64,000 nt of DNA from Chrysomallon squamiferum (GCA_012295275.1 CM022674.1:11098001-11162000), one strand, 5' to 3'; shown: positions 14,771 to 28,709, numbered from the stretch's first letter. Made by a program: numbers and translations. Notes: generated by a model not told the origin, from the letters alone.

Positions 14771-15978
14771 GTTAAAGTGATTTATTATAATTTAGCTAAA
14801 ACTATTTATGTAAATAATAAAAAAGAGATCATTCTGTCAGTTTGTATATGAAGACAGATGACACTAGTAAATTATATAATGTAAGGGAGGTGACTCTAAT
14901 AATTTATACTATCCAACATTAAGAGGATAATTCTAACAAGGGGAAATCACTCAAATGCCATAAACATTAAAATCTATCAATTCTGGTTTACTAATTAATC
15001 AAAGGGTTTTCAATCAAAACTCACTGAATAATGCATATTATTTACCAGTAAGTGAATATCAAACAAAATTAATATTTCTAAATGTTGCAAAGTTTAAATA
15101 TAAAATTCTAACATTAGGTGCAGTGAATAAAATGGAAAAAAAAATAAACAGTGCTTGATCTTAATACAATTTTTTGCTGTTAGATCAAAACTACATGTCA
15201 TTTAAGTGTGTGTCATCTATTGTCATATATGTCATCTAGATATACAGTTAGTACAGTGCTGTGATAAAACAGTGCAGAACTGTATTATAATTAAAAAAAT
15301 AACTAAATTAATAAAACTTTTATTTAAACTTTAATGTGAATTTGCCCACCTCTGTGTAACCCATACCTACTCTGATAAGAAAAGAAAAAGAAAAGAATAA
15401 TGGAAATGGATGAATAACAACACTATTTTAACAGACTAATATCTTTTGGTTTTTCTTTTGATAAATATTTCTTTTATTTATTTATAATAGAAAATAAAAT
15501 TTGGATATGTAACCAAAAAAATGAAAATAAAAATGAAAAATTAAATTTAAAAACATCCTCAAGCTATTAAAATGGATAAAATAATAAAATTAAAAAACAA
15601 AAATATGTGAAAAGGGAAAAAAAAAATCAAATCAGAAAAAAAAATATTTTAAATTTTTTCCATAATTATGATTCAAAACTCTTTAAAGACTGAGTTTCTT
15701 TTGGCTCTCTGTTTTATTTTAACTACAAAAGATTGATTTTATTTTTAACTTAGTTCTTTCCAGCTTTAACTGACATTAAATACTATTTACTATATATAAA
15801 ATGTAAAAAAGATCCAGCAGAAATACTTTGACAAGAAAACATTTATATATTAAAATACATCAAATGAACAATACGTTGTGATATGTACATGTATGTATGT
15901 ATGTATGTATGTATGTATGTATGTATGTATGTATGTATGTATCATCCCAAATAATTGAAACCTAGGTTATGTTTATGG

Positions 15979-16015
<37 letters not shown>

Positions 16016-16310
16016 AACAAAATCACAATAATCATAAAAGTCACACAAACTACTACATAAGTATAGTTTTATACTACTAACTACACAACTACTTGTATCT
16101 ACAGGGCAGTAGGAAGGAAGGAAGGAAGGAAGGAAGGAAGGCTGCAAGGCAGGGAAGGAGGTGACAAGAGATAAAATAAAATAAAATAAAATAAAATACA
16201 AATATTAGCTAAAAAAGGTTAACAACAGAAAAACGTCTACATATTATATACAAGTTATATGTGACAGCCATGCAGGAGATACCAGTGTGTAGTTCAGTCG
16301 ACCCACTTAC

Positions 16311-16463
16311 AAACGAATCATCGTAAACTCGCAGACCGTCGCCGGATTTTCCGTTCTCGTTCTTGGAAATACTGAAGAACTGCAGAGAGCCACGCCTCTG
16401 CTTGACGGGGGGAGGCTCTAGGAGGGTGGGGACAGTGGTAACCGATTCCCTTCGAGTATTTTT
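16311..16463 (-). CDS. PLEKHG5: PLEKHG5-like exon, linker with basophilic kinase-type motifs
   Basis: tttatcag|AAA...TTT|gtaagt. Encodes KNTRRESVTTVPTLLEPPPVKQRRGSLQFFSISKNENGKSGDGLRVYDDSF. GC/CpG-rich patch, phase 0 to 0. Not in the ORF track. Confidence 0.85.
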
Positions 16464-17981
16464 CTGATAAAGTCAATATATACATGCATACGTCTGAAGA
16501 AAGTGTAGTAGTAATACAGTAGTAGTAAGAAGTAGTGGTAGTAGTAATAACAAAAATAGTAACTTTATCAATATATTTCTTTATTTTTGTATTTTTTAAA
16601 TTAGAGCTATTTTCTTTTAATTGCTGTATATATATATATATATTTTGTTTTTGTTTTTTTGTGTGTGCATTTTATACAATTATATGATTGCATATTAGTA
16701 ATATATATACATATAGATATTTATACAAAATTTGTATTGCTGTGATACATTCCAACAGTGATCGAATTAAATCTGTTATTAATTTTTTTCTTTTCATGTA
16801 AATTCAGTTCAATAAAAATTTAATTTTTAAAAGAGTAATTTAAAAATATCTTGATTCTAAATGTAGTTTTTAAAGTACCCTTGCAGCAGTTTAAATTATA
16901 AATTTAAATACTTGAAAAACACCTCAGGGCTGTGACATAATTAAAGTAGTTTACAGTTTTGTGTCTAATATATTTGATATTGCATGTGTGCTGTTAAATA
17001 CCTATAACCAGAATAGTAAAGATATGCTGACAAATTATTTTTCAAAAACCAAGTGCAACACAATAATTGAACTGATTATAAATAGCTATAAAATATAAAA
17101 CATACATAATAAAATAATACTTTAACTTTATACATACAAGTTACCATTTTTAACAGTTAAGTTATAAAAGACTATGAATAACATAAATATCATTTGACAA
17201 AAATCAATACATAATATCTAAATTAAATATCTGAATAATTTGTTATAACATTGTTACATATTATGAATAATATAACTTGCTTTGAATTGTTAATATGATG
17301 AAATATTAAAAAGTTATATAATTATTGGATGAATCTGGTTATCTGAATACAGTTGTTGTTATAAGATGAGTAAGTTACCTGGATAAATGTTAAGAATAAC
17401 ACAATTTTATATATATATATATATATATTCCTTTATTTATATTGTTTTATTCAAATTCCTATACCATATTATAGTATTCAAATTCCTGTACCCAAACACT
17501 ATACTTCTATTCCCATGTCCAATGTTTTGGTATTCTATTTGTGAATGTACAGAATACTTTATGCAATATGTTATCAAATCCCTGGATCCAAATTATTATA
17601 TATCAAAAATGCCATATCAAAATTTTCCCGCGAAATTCCTATAACCAAATTATCTTAGTTTCAACTGTTATATCCAAATGATTGTATTAAATAGTGTATT
17701 CAAAATTATTGTATTCAAATTCCTTTTCCAAGATCATTGTACATTAACCTGGGGACCCAGATTATTGTATTTAAATTCCTATACACCAAATACTGTGTTA
17801 AAAATATTCACATTTCTGTGTGTAAACTATTGTAAATGAAAATTAAAGAAGAAGAAAAAGGAAATAAAATGACTGTCACCATGAGACAAAACCTGTGTGG
17901 TATTGTAAGGAACTGACACCAGAAATTAAAGTATGTCTGAAGACAAAAAAGATAAAAGTAAATAACAGTAAATAAACTTAC

Positions 17982-18079
17982 TCCTGATTTGCTATTTTTA
18001 GAAGTGTTGCTTTTTGAGGCACTGCTGGGTCTTGAACTAGAGGACGTCCGTGTGACACTTGCGTCTGGCACATCCTTCT
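17982..18079 (-). CDS. PLEKHG5: PLEKHG5-like exon, Ser-rich linker; common phase-1 acceptor
   Basis: ctgtccacag|AG...GGA|gtaagt. Encodes KDVPDASVTRTSSSSRPSSASKSNTSKNSKSG. Phase 1 to 0. Confidence 0.85.
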
Positions 18080-19066
18080 CTGTGGACAGACAGACAGACA
18101 AACAAATTAATATAAAAATAGTTACAAAAAGTAATAAGTATGATTGTAATACAAAAAGGAATAATTATGAAAACAAATGAACAAATAAATAAAGAAAAAT
18201 ATGCAGATCAAAAAAAATAAATAAAATAAATAAATAAATAAATAAATAAGCAGATACAAATAAATAAATATACAAATAAAATAAAATGAAATAAATAAAT
18301 AAATATTCAGATAAAAAATGAAATAACTAAACAGTGTAAAAACTAAGTTAAGAAGATAAGTAGGGTTATTCACTCTGAAATCCTGTGATGTAAGCTAATC
18401 ACAACAGAACAAACTGGTGTTGACAGATACATGCTCTTAACAACAGATTTGTAAACATACAGTAAACATGTACACACAGACAAACATGCAAACACACACC
18501 TTGACCACAAATATGTAAATATTCATCTCCACTGGTGACTTGGTGTTGTTTGAATTCACTTATAAAAGCATGCATTTCTTTGAATAATTATAAGTTTGTA
18601 AACAACACAGTGATATTAGTGTTAAAATGTTTGTACATGCAAACATGCAGACATGCAGACAAACATGCACAAACACTTTCATCTCTAACATATGTATAGA
18701 CACACACACACACACACACACCAAAGTATCTGCAACCATTATATTTGATATCTGTTAATATCCTCTCTTTCTCACAAACAAATATACACAAGGTCACATA
18801 CACTTATATAAATATATAATTTGTCTCACATACAGAGTGGAAAATAATCACTGAGACAGTATAAAAAAATATCACACCAGTGTTAGTATTTAAATATCTT
18901 GCCACATGCACACACATACACACAGTACGCAGATACAGACACATACTCATACACAATAACACATGCATACACACACTAACATTCACACACATACACTTTC
19001 ATGTACACAGACACACACACAGACACTTAAACACACATTTTCTTGTCTTACCATATGTAGATACTC

Positions 19067-19123
<57 letters not shown>

Positions 19124-19155
19124 GACAGACAAAATAGAAAATAATTATATCTTAC

Positions 19156-19240
19156 CAGAGATAGTATTTAAATATCCTGACAGAAATGTAATCATTGTAG
19201 TCTGGTAACTTGCACACACATTTAAAATAGCCGACGTCAT
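19156..19240 (-). CDS. Candidate alternative first exon, or 21-nt microexon (19156-19176), phase 1
   Basis: aatATG...MTSAILNVCASYQTTMITFLSGYLNTIS+G|gtaaga. An internal acceptor tttctgtcag would instead give an in-frame 21-nt cassette. Confidence 0.55.
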
Positions 19241-19794
19241 ATTTATAATCTTATTACATCAAATAAATGTGAAAAACAATTATATTTCACTGTTCACCAG
19301 TCAAATTTTTATATCCACAATTTTGTCTGTATGATATTGGCACTGTTCACATTTGTTTAAGATTTTCTGTTTTTTATTATAATAATAATAAAATAATTAA
19401 CTGTTCATAACACCATTGATATTGTTTTAACTGTATAATTACTGATCCATAAACCTTTTCTATACAATAAACACAACCTGTGGTAACTGTATATAAACTA
19501 CTGTTCACAGGTCATTTCTGCAAATGTCCACTTCTGTATCAAATATTATTATTATCATTATCATTAAGAAATGTCCTGTTTTATACATCATCACTTTTTT
19601 TTCTGTAATTGATGATGTTAGATAAAAAAAAGTAAAAAAGGAAAGAAGGAAGAAATGTCAATAAATCACAAGTTTATGATGACTGTTGAATAATTAGTCA
19701 TCAGTTGTTCTAAAAACACAGAATTTTAGAAAGTAACCATTCTCTCTTTCTCTGCCTGCCATAAATGATATCTTTCCTTCTGGCTTTAGAAAAA

Positions 19795-20007
19795 GTTCCA
19801 ACCAAAATATTGTTTTTATATGACACATTAATATACCTGGCCAATAAAATAAATAAAAATGTTTCCAGATTTATAAATGTTTTTCACATAATCTGTTGGG
19901 ATTAAAAATCCAAGTCTAAGTATTTTCCAGTTCCAACCAAAATAATGTTTTTATATGACACATTAATATACCTGGCCAATAAAATAAATAGAAATGTTTC
20001 CAGATTT
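19795..20007. repeat. Two ~78-bp direct repeats (19795-19872, 19930-20007)
   Basis: gttccaaccaaaata...gacacattaatatacctggccaataaaataaata.aaatgtttccagattt occurs twice with about 2 mismatches. Confidence 0.9.
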
Positions 20008-23000
20008 GAAGATGTTCTTGAGGTAAGTATATCTCTTTTATTCCACACGCTTTTCCTAGTATGTCACATGTGAGATAACAAAGTGGTTTAATCCTTGCCT
20101 GAGCAATACTGGATTTATTTCAACACTTGTTTCCTCTTGGATGACAAGAAATGTATGTGAATGTGGAAAATTCACTCAGTCCTTGCAGCATGGCCTGGCT
20201 TGCTTTCAACTCAGAGTTCACTCAACTTTTCAAAAAAACTCAGTTTGATGGACACAACCCAACTCACACAGTTGTCTCGTCTTAAAGAGTTTTGTCTTTG
20301 GCAGCTGTAATTTAACTGTGATTTCTCTATGATTTTATATAGTTTTGATGTATATTTATATATATATATATATATATTTTTTTTTTTTATTTATGGTGTT
20401 TGTATATTTTATTGTGATACATGTATATTTTTATATAATCTGTGGTATATATTTTCATATAACTGATATTACTCAATTATTTAATTATAGTATCACAATA
20501 CATTATTATTTATCAGTGACATTTATTAATTATTAAATAGTATAAACTATCATTTTATTTAATAAGAAAACTTTTTTTTTTTAGAAATGAAAATTAAATT
20601 AAAGTTCATAAAATATAGATTTAAAATATCAAAATATCAAAATCCATCTTTCAATTTCACAAATTCTAAACAAAACATTTAAAAATATTTTGACCAAACT
20701 CTGTTTTCCTCTTCTTATTTTTCATATATCCTATTAATTTCTGTTTTCCTTCCTTTTCTCTCTTCCTTCTTTTTATTTATTATTTTTTCTCTGATTACAG
20801 TTGTTTTACTAATACTGTAACTAATGACAAATTTCCCAAACCATTAATATAACAAAAATCTCTTTTTCCAGTCAATAATTGTACTAAGTGGTTTTCCAAT
20901 ATTCAATAAACACACTCAGCTGTGTCAATACTCCTCTGTGGTTAGTCAACTGACACAAAAAAAAAAAAACAAAAATAAAATAAAAATGTCTTAATCATGT
21001 ACAATTGAATTTTTCCAATATGAACAAGCTGAAACAGAAAAATCATTTGACGAGAACAATTTACAAACATTAATGACAAGGAAGTCAGATATTTTGATCT
21101 TACGCACAGTTTAACTACCACCAACTTGTGTGCTTCCAGCAGACAGATAATTCTACATTGGAATCAGAAAAATCAAAAAACCAGAACTGAGCAACAGGAT
21201 CATAAATGTTAATTATGGATGGAGTAATTGCTGAATCATTGAGCAAAGGATCATGGGAAAAATATGAATTAATTATAAATAGAAATACTCAGGAAGCTTA
21301 AATTAATATATTAGATATATTAATTAAGGAAATAATATTTTGAAGCATTGACAAAGAACATGGGAAGCTCATATATTAACTGTGGAAGTAACTTTGAAGT
21401 ACCTGGTGTAGGTTTGGACAATGAAAGTTAATTATGGATGAAGTAATTTCATCCCAGTTTTTGACTTAACAGGAGGAAGTCAATTTGAAAGTGGAAAGTT
21501 CTAAGTGACTACAGGAAAGAAAATCTGTAAAGATTTAAATTATCTCATTAATTATTAATAAATGTGATGTTAATAAGGCTATATTAATAGTTAGCTGCCT
21601 GAAGGTGTCTGTGTAAATGTACAAGTAATAGATAAAAAAAAGTAAATAACTTAAATAGATAGGTAAATAAATAAATAAATAAACTGACTGATCAAATTTC
21701 CAAAGATTTTTATTTTTTGTTTTTAAATGAAAATTTCAGTCCAAATGTTTTAAAACATCAGAAAAGTTAATAATTCATGATGATGATGATGAAAAAAAGT
21801 TAATCCTTCTTATGAATAAGAAGAGGAAGAAGAAATGTTTGCTTGTAGAAAAGAAGTGAAAAAGCTTCTGTTACAAAAATCTCAAATTCCACAAAATATG
21901 AAAATCACTCCTTCCAACTTCAAAACAGGAGAAACTGAGAATTTCTTTCAGTGAATGAAACAGTCCACAAATTTCAATCCAAAAACTGAATTCTAAGAAT
22001 TTGACTTCTTGATATAATCTTGATATTTATTCCAGGTTTTGATTTATCAGGCTCTGGAGTGCTTCTCATATAGATGACAAAAAAAAAACAATGTCAGTAT
22101 TAAAAATGAAATTCACAGATTCTTTGTTAAAGACAAAATATTATATGAATTCTTTGCTGTAGAACTGTACTGATATTTTAAACAGACAGCAGAGACAACA
22201 ATGTGAAAAATTTAAAGCTGATTAAATTAATTATAATCAAAATAAGAAATACTTCATAATGTATATTAACAAACTTAGAAATGCTTTCAGTTTTCTCATC
22301 CAAAGATATTTTTCAATAAAATAATACTGAAATTTTGTTTCTTCTTCTTAATCTTCTTCTTTTTCCTTGACAGTTATGTTGAAAAGGAAATTTTAATTTT
22401 CAAATTGACTCTTTCATACTGATAAAACATCAAGGAAATCTGACAGGCAGAAATGACATTGTTTTAATTCTCATCTTCCACTACACAAATAGTCCAGAAA
22501 GAAATATTCTTATTCTTATTTTCAGCTGAAACAACAATATCAACCAAAAAGAAATATTCTTATTTTCAGCTGAAACAACAATATCAACCAACCAGATCCA
22601 GGTTTCTGATTTATATATTCTTCAGTTGAAATAAAAAAAGATTATTTTAGATATTTGTCAGTATTCCATTTTTTTTAAATTGTTGCAAGCCAGTGAAGAA
22701 GAAACACAAGTCTTCAAATTTGAATAATCTTCAGTGATAAGATATTGGAAGCAGTTAAGAAGAAGACAGTACCTTGTATGCTTAAGAGCATTCTTCAGGA
22801 AAACAGTATTACTTTCAAATTGTTTTATATTCAAATCAGATAATAAAATAATTCTTCAAATCCTAGTAACTTCAGTCAAAATAATCAGGAAATGGATTTC
22901 CAGAAAGTAGTACACTGATGTTCAAAAATAGTTTTCAAGAAAAGCAGAATTCGTTTTTTTTCTATACAACTGTCCTTTTCACAGTGAAGTGTCACTAGGA

Positions 23001-25647
23001 ACATCCAAACAGAAATAACCAGTGTCTTCTATCAAATTACACTGGAAACTGAGTTTCAGAATAAAGAACAATTAAACTAGGAAAACAGTTTTCAGTATAG
23101 CAGTATTCTTATTTTTGAAATCTTGTCTTTTTATATTCAAATGCAGTACCAGGAAATAACAAAAAATTACAATCTTCAAGTCCTTGAGAGCTTTAGTGAA
23201 AATAAAATGAAATTAGATTTCCAGAATATATCAATAACAAGTAACTGTATCAATATATAATCTCATTCTCTTTTCACTTAGTATGTATTTTCTCTGGAAT
23301 GTTCAAACAGTAGTGAATGGTCAGTTAGAACATGGTCAAAGCTTGCCTTGCAGTTACTTACTGTGACCAGTCCACACTGAAAATAAATGTTCAGGTAATT
23401 TAATTTCAATCAGTCTACAGACACCTTCCTGACACAAAACAGCTTTCAACACAATGAAAAGACAAAAGTAGAAACAGCATGTTAGAATATAGTATATTGA
23501 TTTTCAAAAAAGTGTCATTTTCACAGGAATGAGGAATTAATTTTAAAAATCTCAACAGAAGGTCAATAAATTGAACATGGGCGGAGGTGAGGGGACCATC
23601 AGCTTCATCTTTGTCATTCTCACACATCGGCAGCGACAACATCTCAACAAACAAATATTTGGTATTGAACCTGGAAGAGGGCTGGGTGAATGTAAGATTT
23701 GAACTGGGATTAATGCAGATTAGGAGGAGGAAGAAAAGATGGAGATGTTTACATTTTTCTAGCCCTGCTGTTTAAACATGTTCTCCATTCAGAATTCAGT
23801 GTGCCAAGACACTGCTACATTTGTGACATTGTCAGTTTTTAAACCTTCTTGTTAAACACACATCCCATTCAGAATTCAGTCTGCCAGAAACTCAGTCATA
23901 TTTGTCAAAATGTCAACTTTTTTACTTCTTTATATTAATTTTTTTTTTTTCAGCAAAATTTTCAAATATTTTGGGCTGAAGGCAATTGTCAAGATTGTTT
24001 TATTTTTAGAGTAAACTTTGAGAATATTTTGGATGTAAGGCAACTGCCTCTTATTCAAAAAAGAAAAAAAAAAAAAAGAAGAAAAGAAAACAAAGGTGAT
24101 ATGGGTTAATACAATGTAAAATATTGTCTATTGAATTAGTAACACTGCAATTATGTATATCTGTACATGCACATATTTGGGTAGGAATGTATATGTATTT
24201 GTGTGAATGCATGTATGTACTGACATCTAACAATCAACATTTCATTTTAAATGGCATCCTTTTATTAGTGCTTTCTTTTATTACTGCTTTCTGTCACTTT
24301 CTCCACACACATGCACATTATATGTACCAAGATACAAATATCAAGTTTATTGCATCCAGCATAATTGTAATTTACTGATGTATATAAGATTATTAATCTT
24401 GTAATTACATATATCTTTGAATAGACAGAACATCACATACCACAATCTTTGATAAAGCAGGAAATAAATAATGCTTAGAATGTTAATTATATTTAATCTG
24501 ATTCCTTTAGAAAATTACTATATCCTGAACAATACACAAAGATGCTTTAATATTTTAAAAAAAACCTGAACCCCCCCACCCTCTTAAAAACAAACAAACA
24601 AAAAACTTGTATAAATACTTTCAGATTCTAAATTTAGAAAATGCGTTAAATAGTTTCTGATAATTTCCTCATTTAAACAAGTTTTTAAAGTATGAAACTG
24701 CTATAAATAGATTGGGATAATAGCTTCATTTCCATCTGTTTCCAAATTTAGAAACCAGAATAAATAAATTCTAATAATAGCAACACTCTGAGTTATTATT
24801 AAATTTAGAAAGTGCTATAAATAGCTTCTCACAATGGCCTCACGGTGGGATGCGTCTAGAAGCAGAGATTCTGTAATAAAATTTAGTTTTTCTGTCTGTG
24901 CGTATTTCTGTCCACTTTCCTGAAGCAAAACACTTCAGTGTGATTCAGAAAGAGGCTGCCTCAAAAAATAACTTTGTTGTATTTCTCTTAGCAACAACTC
25001 AAGTTTATCTGGGTACAAGATGCTATCTTTACAGATAAAACAAATAACAATGTGTAAATTATATCAAAATAAAAATAAAATATAAAAATGAAAGAAATAA
25101 AGAAGGAAATCAAAAGAGTCAAAAAAGATAAGTAAATAACAGATTAATAATGATAATAGTAGTAGTAGTAGTAGTAGTAATAGTAGTAGTAGTAGTAATA
25201 ATAATAATATAATAATAGTAATAATAATAAAATTTAGTAATAATAATGATAATAACATAAAATGATAATAATTAAGTACTCTTTATCCATTTGATGATTT
25301 AAAAAACCCAAATATCTTTATTAAAAAAAAATAAAAAGATGAAAAAAAAATAAAAAACCCTCAAAGTAGTAATAATAACTAAAAATTCCTTATTCTATAC
25401 AAAATTCCACATTTTAGTTAAATCCTGAAAATGTGGTTAAGCTGTCCTTCAGGCTTGATCATATCTTCTCTTTTTTTTTCTTTTTTTTTCAATTTTTCTC
25501 ATTTTTTACTATTTTTTTTTCTCTTGTTAGGTTTTCACAGAATTTGACAGATTTATCTGAGCAGCCAAACAAGATGATATATTTGCAGAAATCCTTTCAA
25601 AGCTGAGCAACAAGACCTGTCTGGCTGGGCTGCTGTGAGCTGGTGTG

Positions 25648-25712
25648 TTATACAAGTGATGTTGACACTGGGTGGTTATCTCCAGTATTACACACCCAGC
25701 TGATCTCATGTA
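25648..25712 (-). CDS. Candidate alternative terminal exon ending in PDZ-ligand-like TSLV*
   Basis: Strong acceptor attttttcttctgtccag. The phase-1 reading gives (I)HEISWVCNTGDNHPVSTSLV-TAA. AATAAA on the minus strand at 25317-25322 (weak evidence in AT-rich DNA). Confidence 0.45.
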
Positions 25713-26063
25713 CTGGACAGAAGAAAAAATAATCTCTATAGATTTTTTTTTAAAAAGGAATAATGAAAGTAAGACGCTGAAGATGATGATGATAATGATG
25801 ATGATGATGCTATTAATGATGAAAATGTTCTCTGTTATTTTTATTTTTCTCCTAGGTTATAGGTAACAAATAATATCCATGTTTTATTGTTTTTTCATTT
25901 TTTTTTCATTATTTCATGCCCTGAGGAAACTTGTAAGTATTAATGACAAAACTGTGTTATTCATCTCTTAGTAAAAACAAACATTTTTTTGTTATTTCAT
26001 CTTTCACTTTGTTGCACTAATACATGAACACACCAACACATATACACACCTATGCAAGAGGAT

Positions 26064-26099
<36 letters not shown>

Positions 26100-26374
26100 T
26101 ATTGTAATATTGGGGGGGGAAACCTATGTACAAGTATTAGTAATATTATTATATAATCCACACACGCATACAAACAAATATGAAAATATACAGGTATACA
26201 TAATACCCAAAGATAGCAAGGAAGTATTTAAAGCAATATTTATAAACAAAAATATACCTGACAGTTTATTTTTAAATAAAAAATCTGACATTTCAAAAAT
26301 AACAAACATACCTTCAGTGACGTTGAAAAGGTGAACAAGCATTTTCTCACAGGTAAATTCCTTAACGATCTTAC

Positions 26375-26479
26375 CTGTTCACCTTTCCAGTCAATCAGTG
26401 ACATGGTCATCCCAGTGATCAAAGGGTCACGGTACCTGAACAACCCAAACCCTCTAATGAAATCAGTGGACTCATCCAT
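26375..26479 (-). CDS. Candidate alternative first exon
   Basis: MDESTDFIRGFGLFRYRDPLITGMTMSLIDWKGEQ ending CAG|gtaaga (phase 0). An upstream donor AAAG|gtgaac (exon end 26383) would be phase 1. Confidence 0.4.
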
Positions 26480-26623
26480 TAAAAAATACCTGTGTTGTTT
26501 TAAATGTGCACAAAGTGGACTACTCTGTTATGAGGGGTATGTTTATGGTTGACTAAATGTGAACATTTTATTTTCTGAAACAATTATTTTAGATTATGTG
26601 AAGATTATATTTGTGTCTAACAA

Positions 26624-27010
26624 CACACACACACACACATAAACACACATAATAGACACAGGCTCAAATAAAACATGTAAACACACACACACACACACAT
26701 AAACACACATAATAGACACAGGCTCAAATAAAACATGTAAACACACACACACACATACACACACACACATAAACACACATAATAGACACAGGCTCAAATA
26801 AAACATGTAAACACACACACACATAAACACACATAATAGACACAGGCTCAAATAAAACATGTAAACACACACACACACATGCACACACACACACACACAT
26901 AAACACACATAATAGACACAGGCTCAAATAAGACATGTAAACATACACACACACACATAAACACACATAATAGACACAGGCTCAAATAAAACATGTAAAC
27001 ACACACACAC
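26624..27010. repeat. Minisatellite: 6 copies of a ~44-bp core separated by variable (CA)n
   Basis: Core ataaacacacataatagacacaggctcaaataaaacatgtaaac repeated six times. Confidence 0.92.
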
Positions 27011-28633
27011 GCATGCATGCATGCACACAGATAAAACACAAATACACACACACACATACTTCATGCACATAGAAAATGTAAAAAAAACACACACTTACAG
27101 AAAACACAAATAACACATACACACTGAAAAGGCAAACACCCACACACACCCACACACACACACATACACACAAACACAGAAAATTCAATGATAATATCTG
27201 TTCATATTCTCACAGTACCTAAACTCAAAACATACACATAAATACAACAATTTTCATCATTAAATGATTAACTCAGGTAATGGCAGGTATGTGTGAGTGT
27301 AATTAACTGAACAGGTAGATGTTACCAGGTACACTCTACTTATCTAAATTATTAAATATTTTCTCTCTGCAGGTTTTCTATAAATAGCCACAGCATTTAT
27401 TATTAATAATCTGTACAAAAACATTCCTGGCAACAGAGAATAATTCTTCAAGTGTCAGTAAAAATATCCTTTCATACATCCTTCTGTCAGTTTGTTTTTT
27501 CATCTCTCCATCCATCAATTCATTTGTCCATCTTTTAATTCACTTGTCTATTCAGTCACATGTCATCCAACCTTGTATTCATAGATATGTCCTTCTAGGT
27601 ATTCTTGTCTATCTATCCATTATTCATCCATCCATCTTTCATGTCAAGCCTTCATTCTGCTATCTATTCACTGAATCTACATTATTCATATTTATTCATC
27701 ACAGTTTGTTTATCAGGCTTCTGTTACTCAATTTCAAATATTAATTTATCTATCCATATGCACACCCACACACACACATAAACACACACTATATCAACAT
27801 AATAAACACTAAAAATGACAACCATACAGTAACATCTGGTAATAATGTCTGAGTAGGTCAAAGTAATGTGGGGTAACAAAACAAATTTAAAAAAATAAAT
27901 AAAAGTTCAAAATTTGTTGAAAACAGGCTGAGCATATAACGAATCATTTTTCATTTTTCTGAAATTTCAGTTCTATAGTGGTAAAGATAATGTTGTAGCC
28001 TTGGCTATATTACTTCATTTAAATCATTCTACAATAATCTGTCTGCCTGCCTATTGTCTGTATGTCTTTTATTCCATCCATCTGCTTATACAAACCATTT
28101 TTCTTATAATTCCATCAATCCATATTTTTTTCTCTCATACCATGCTTTTTGACAGTCAGCTGAACAGTACATTCTTAAGTCATTCCATCTCATTAGCTAT
28201 TATTTCTTTTCCATGCATCTGCTTGTCTGTCTATCCAGATTATTTATTAATTCATCCATCCATCCATCCATTAATCTTTCGTCTTTTTATTCTTACTTCC
28301 AACTATTGTGTATCTGTCAATGCATCTGTTATAACTGAATTACCAATATTGTTGCAAAAATAATAAAGCAACTTCAAAAAAATTATAAGATAAAAACAAA
28401 CCATCAAAACTCAATTTGGAAATCAAATACATTCAAGCACAAAAAACTGAAATCAACACCTAAAAAATCCAACAGAAAAATCCCAAACAAACAAAAAGAA
28501 AGAAAAATAATAATAAAATAATTTAAAAATTCAACCAAAAGGTGCATTTAATGTTTTAAAAATATTATTTGAACTCCACAATGCAAACCAAATTAAACCT
28601 TGAGACAACATCAAGCAGAGATGATATTAATAC

Positions 28634-28709
28634 CTTGCTGGTCAAGAACACACAACAAACTTGGTGCTGACTTCACACTCTCAATGCCACTTTTTTGACC
28701 GTCGGCCAT
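28634..28709 (-). CDS. Candidate alternative first coding exon (phase 1)
   Basis: Strong start context aacaagATGGCC. Encodes MADGQKSGIESVKSAPSLLCVLDQQ+G|gtatta. Phase 1 fits acceptor 18079. Confidence 0.6.

Noticed and set aside
26624-27010. Constant repeats with variable intervening sequence, resembling a CRISPR array
   Set aside because: The spacers are only (CA)n length variants, not unique sequences.
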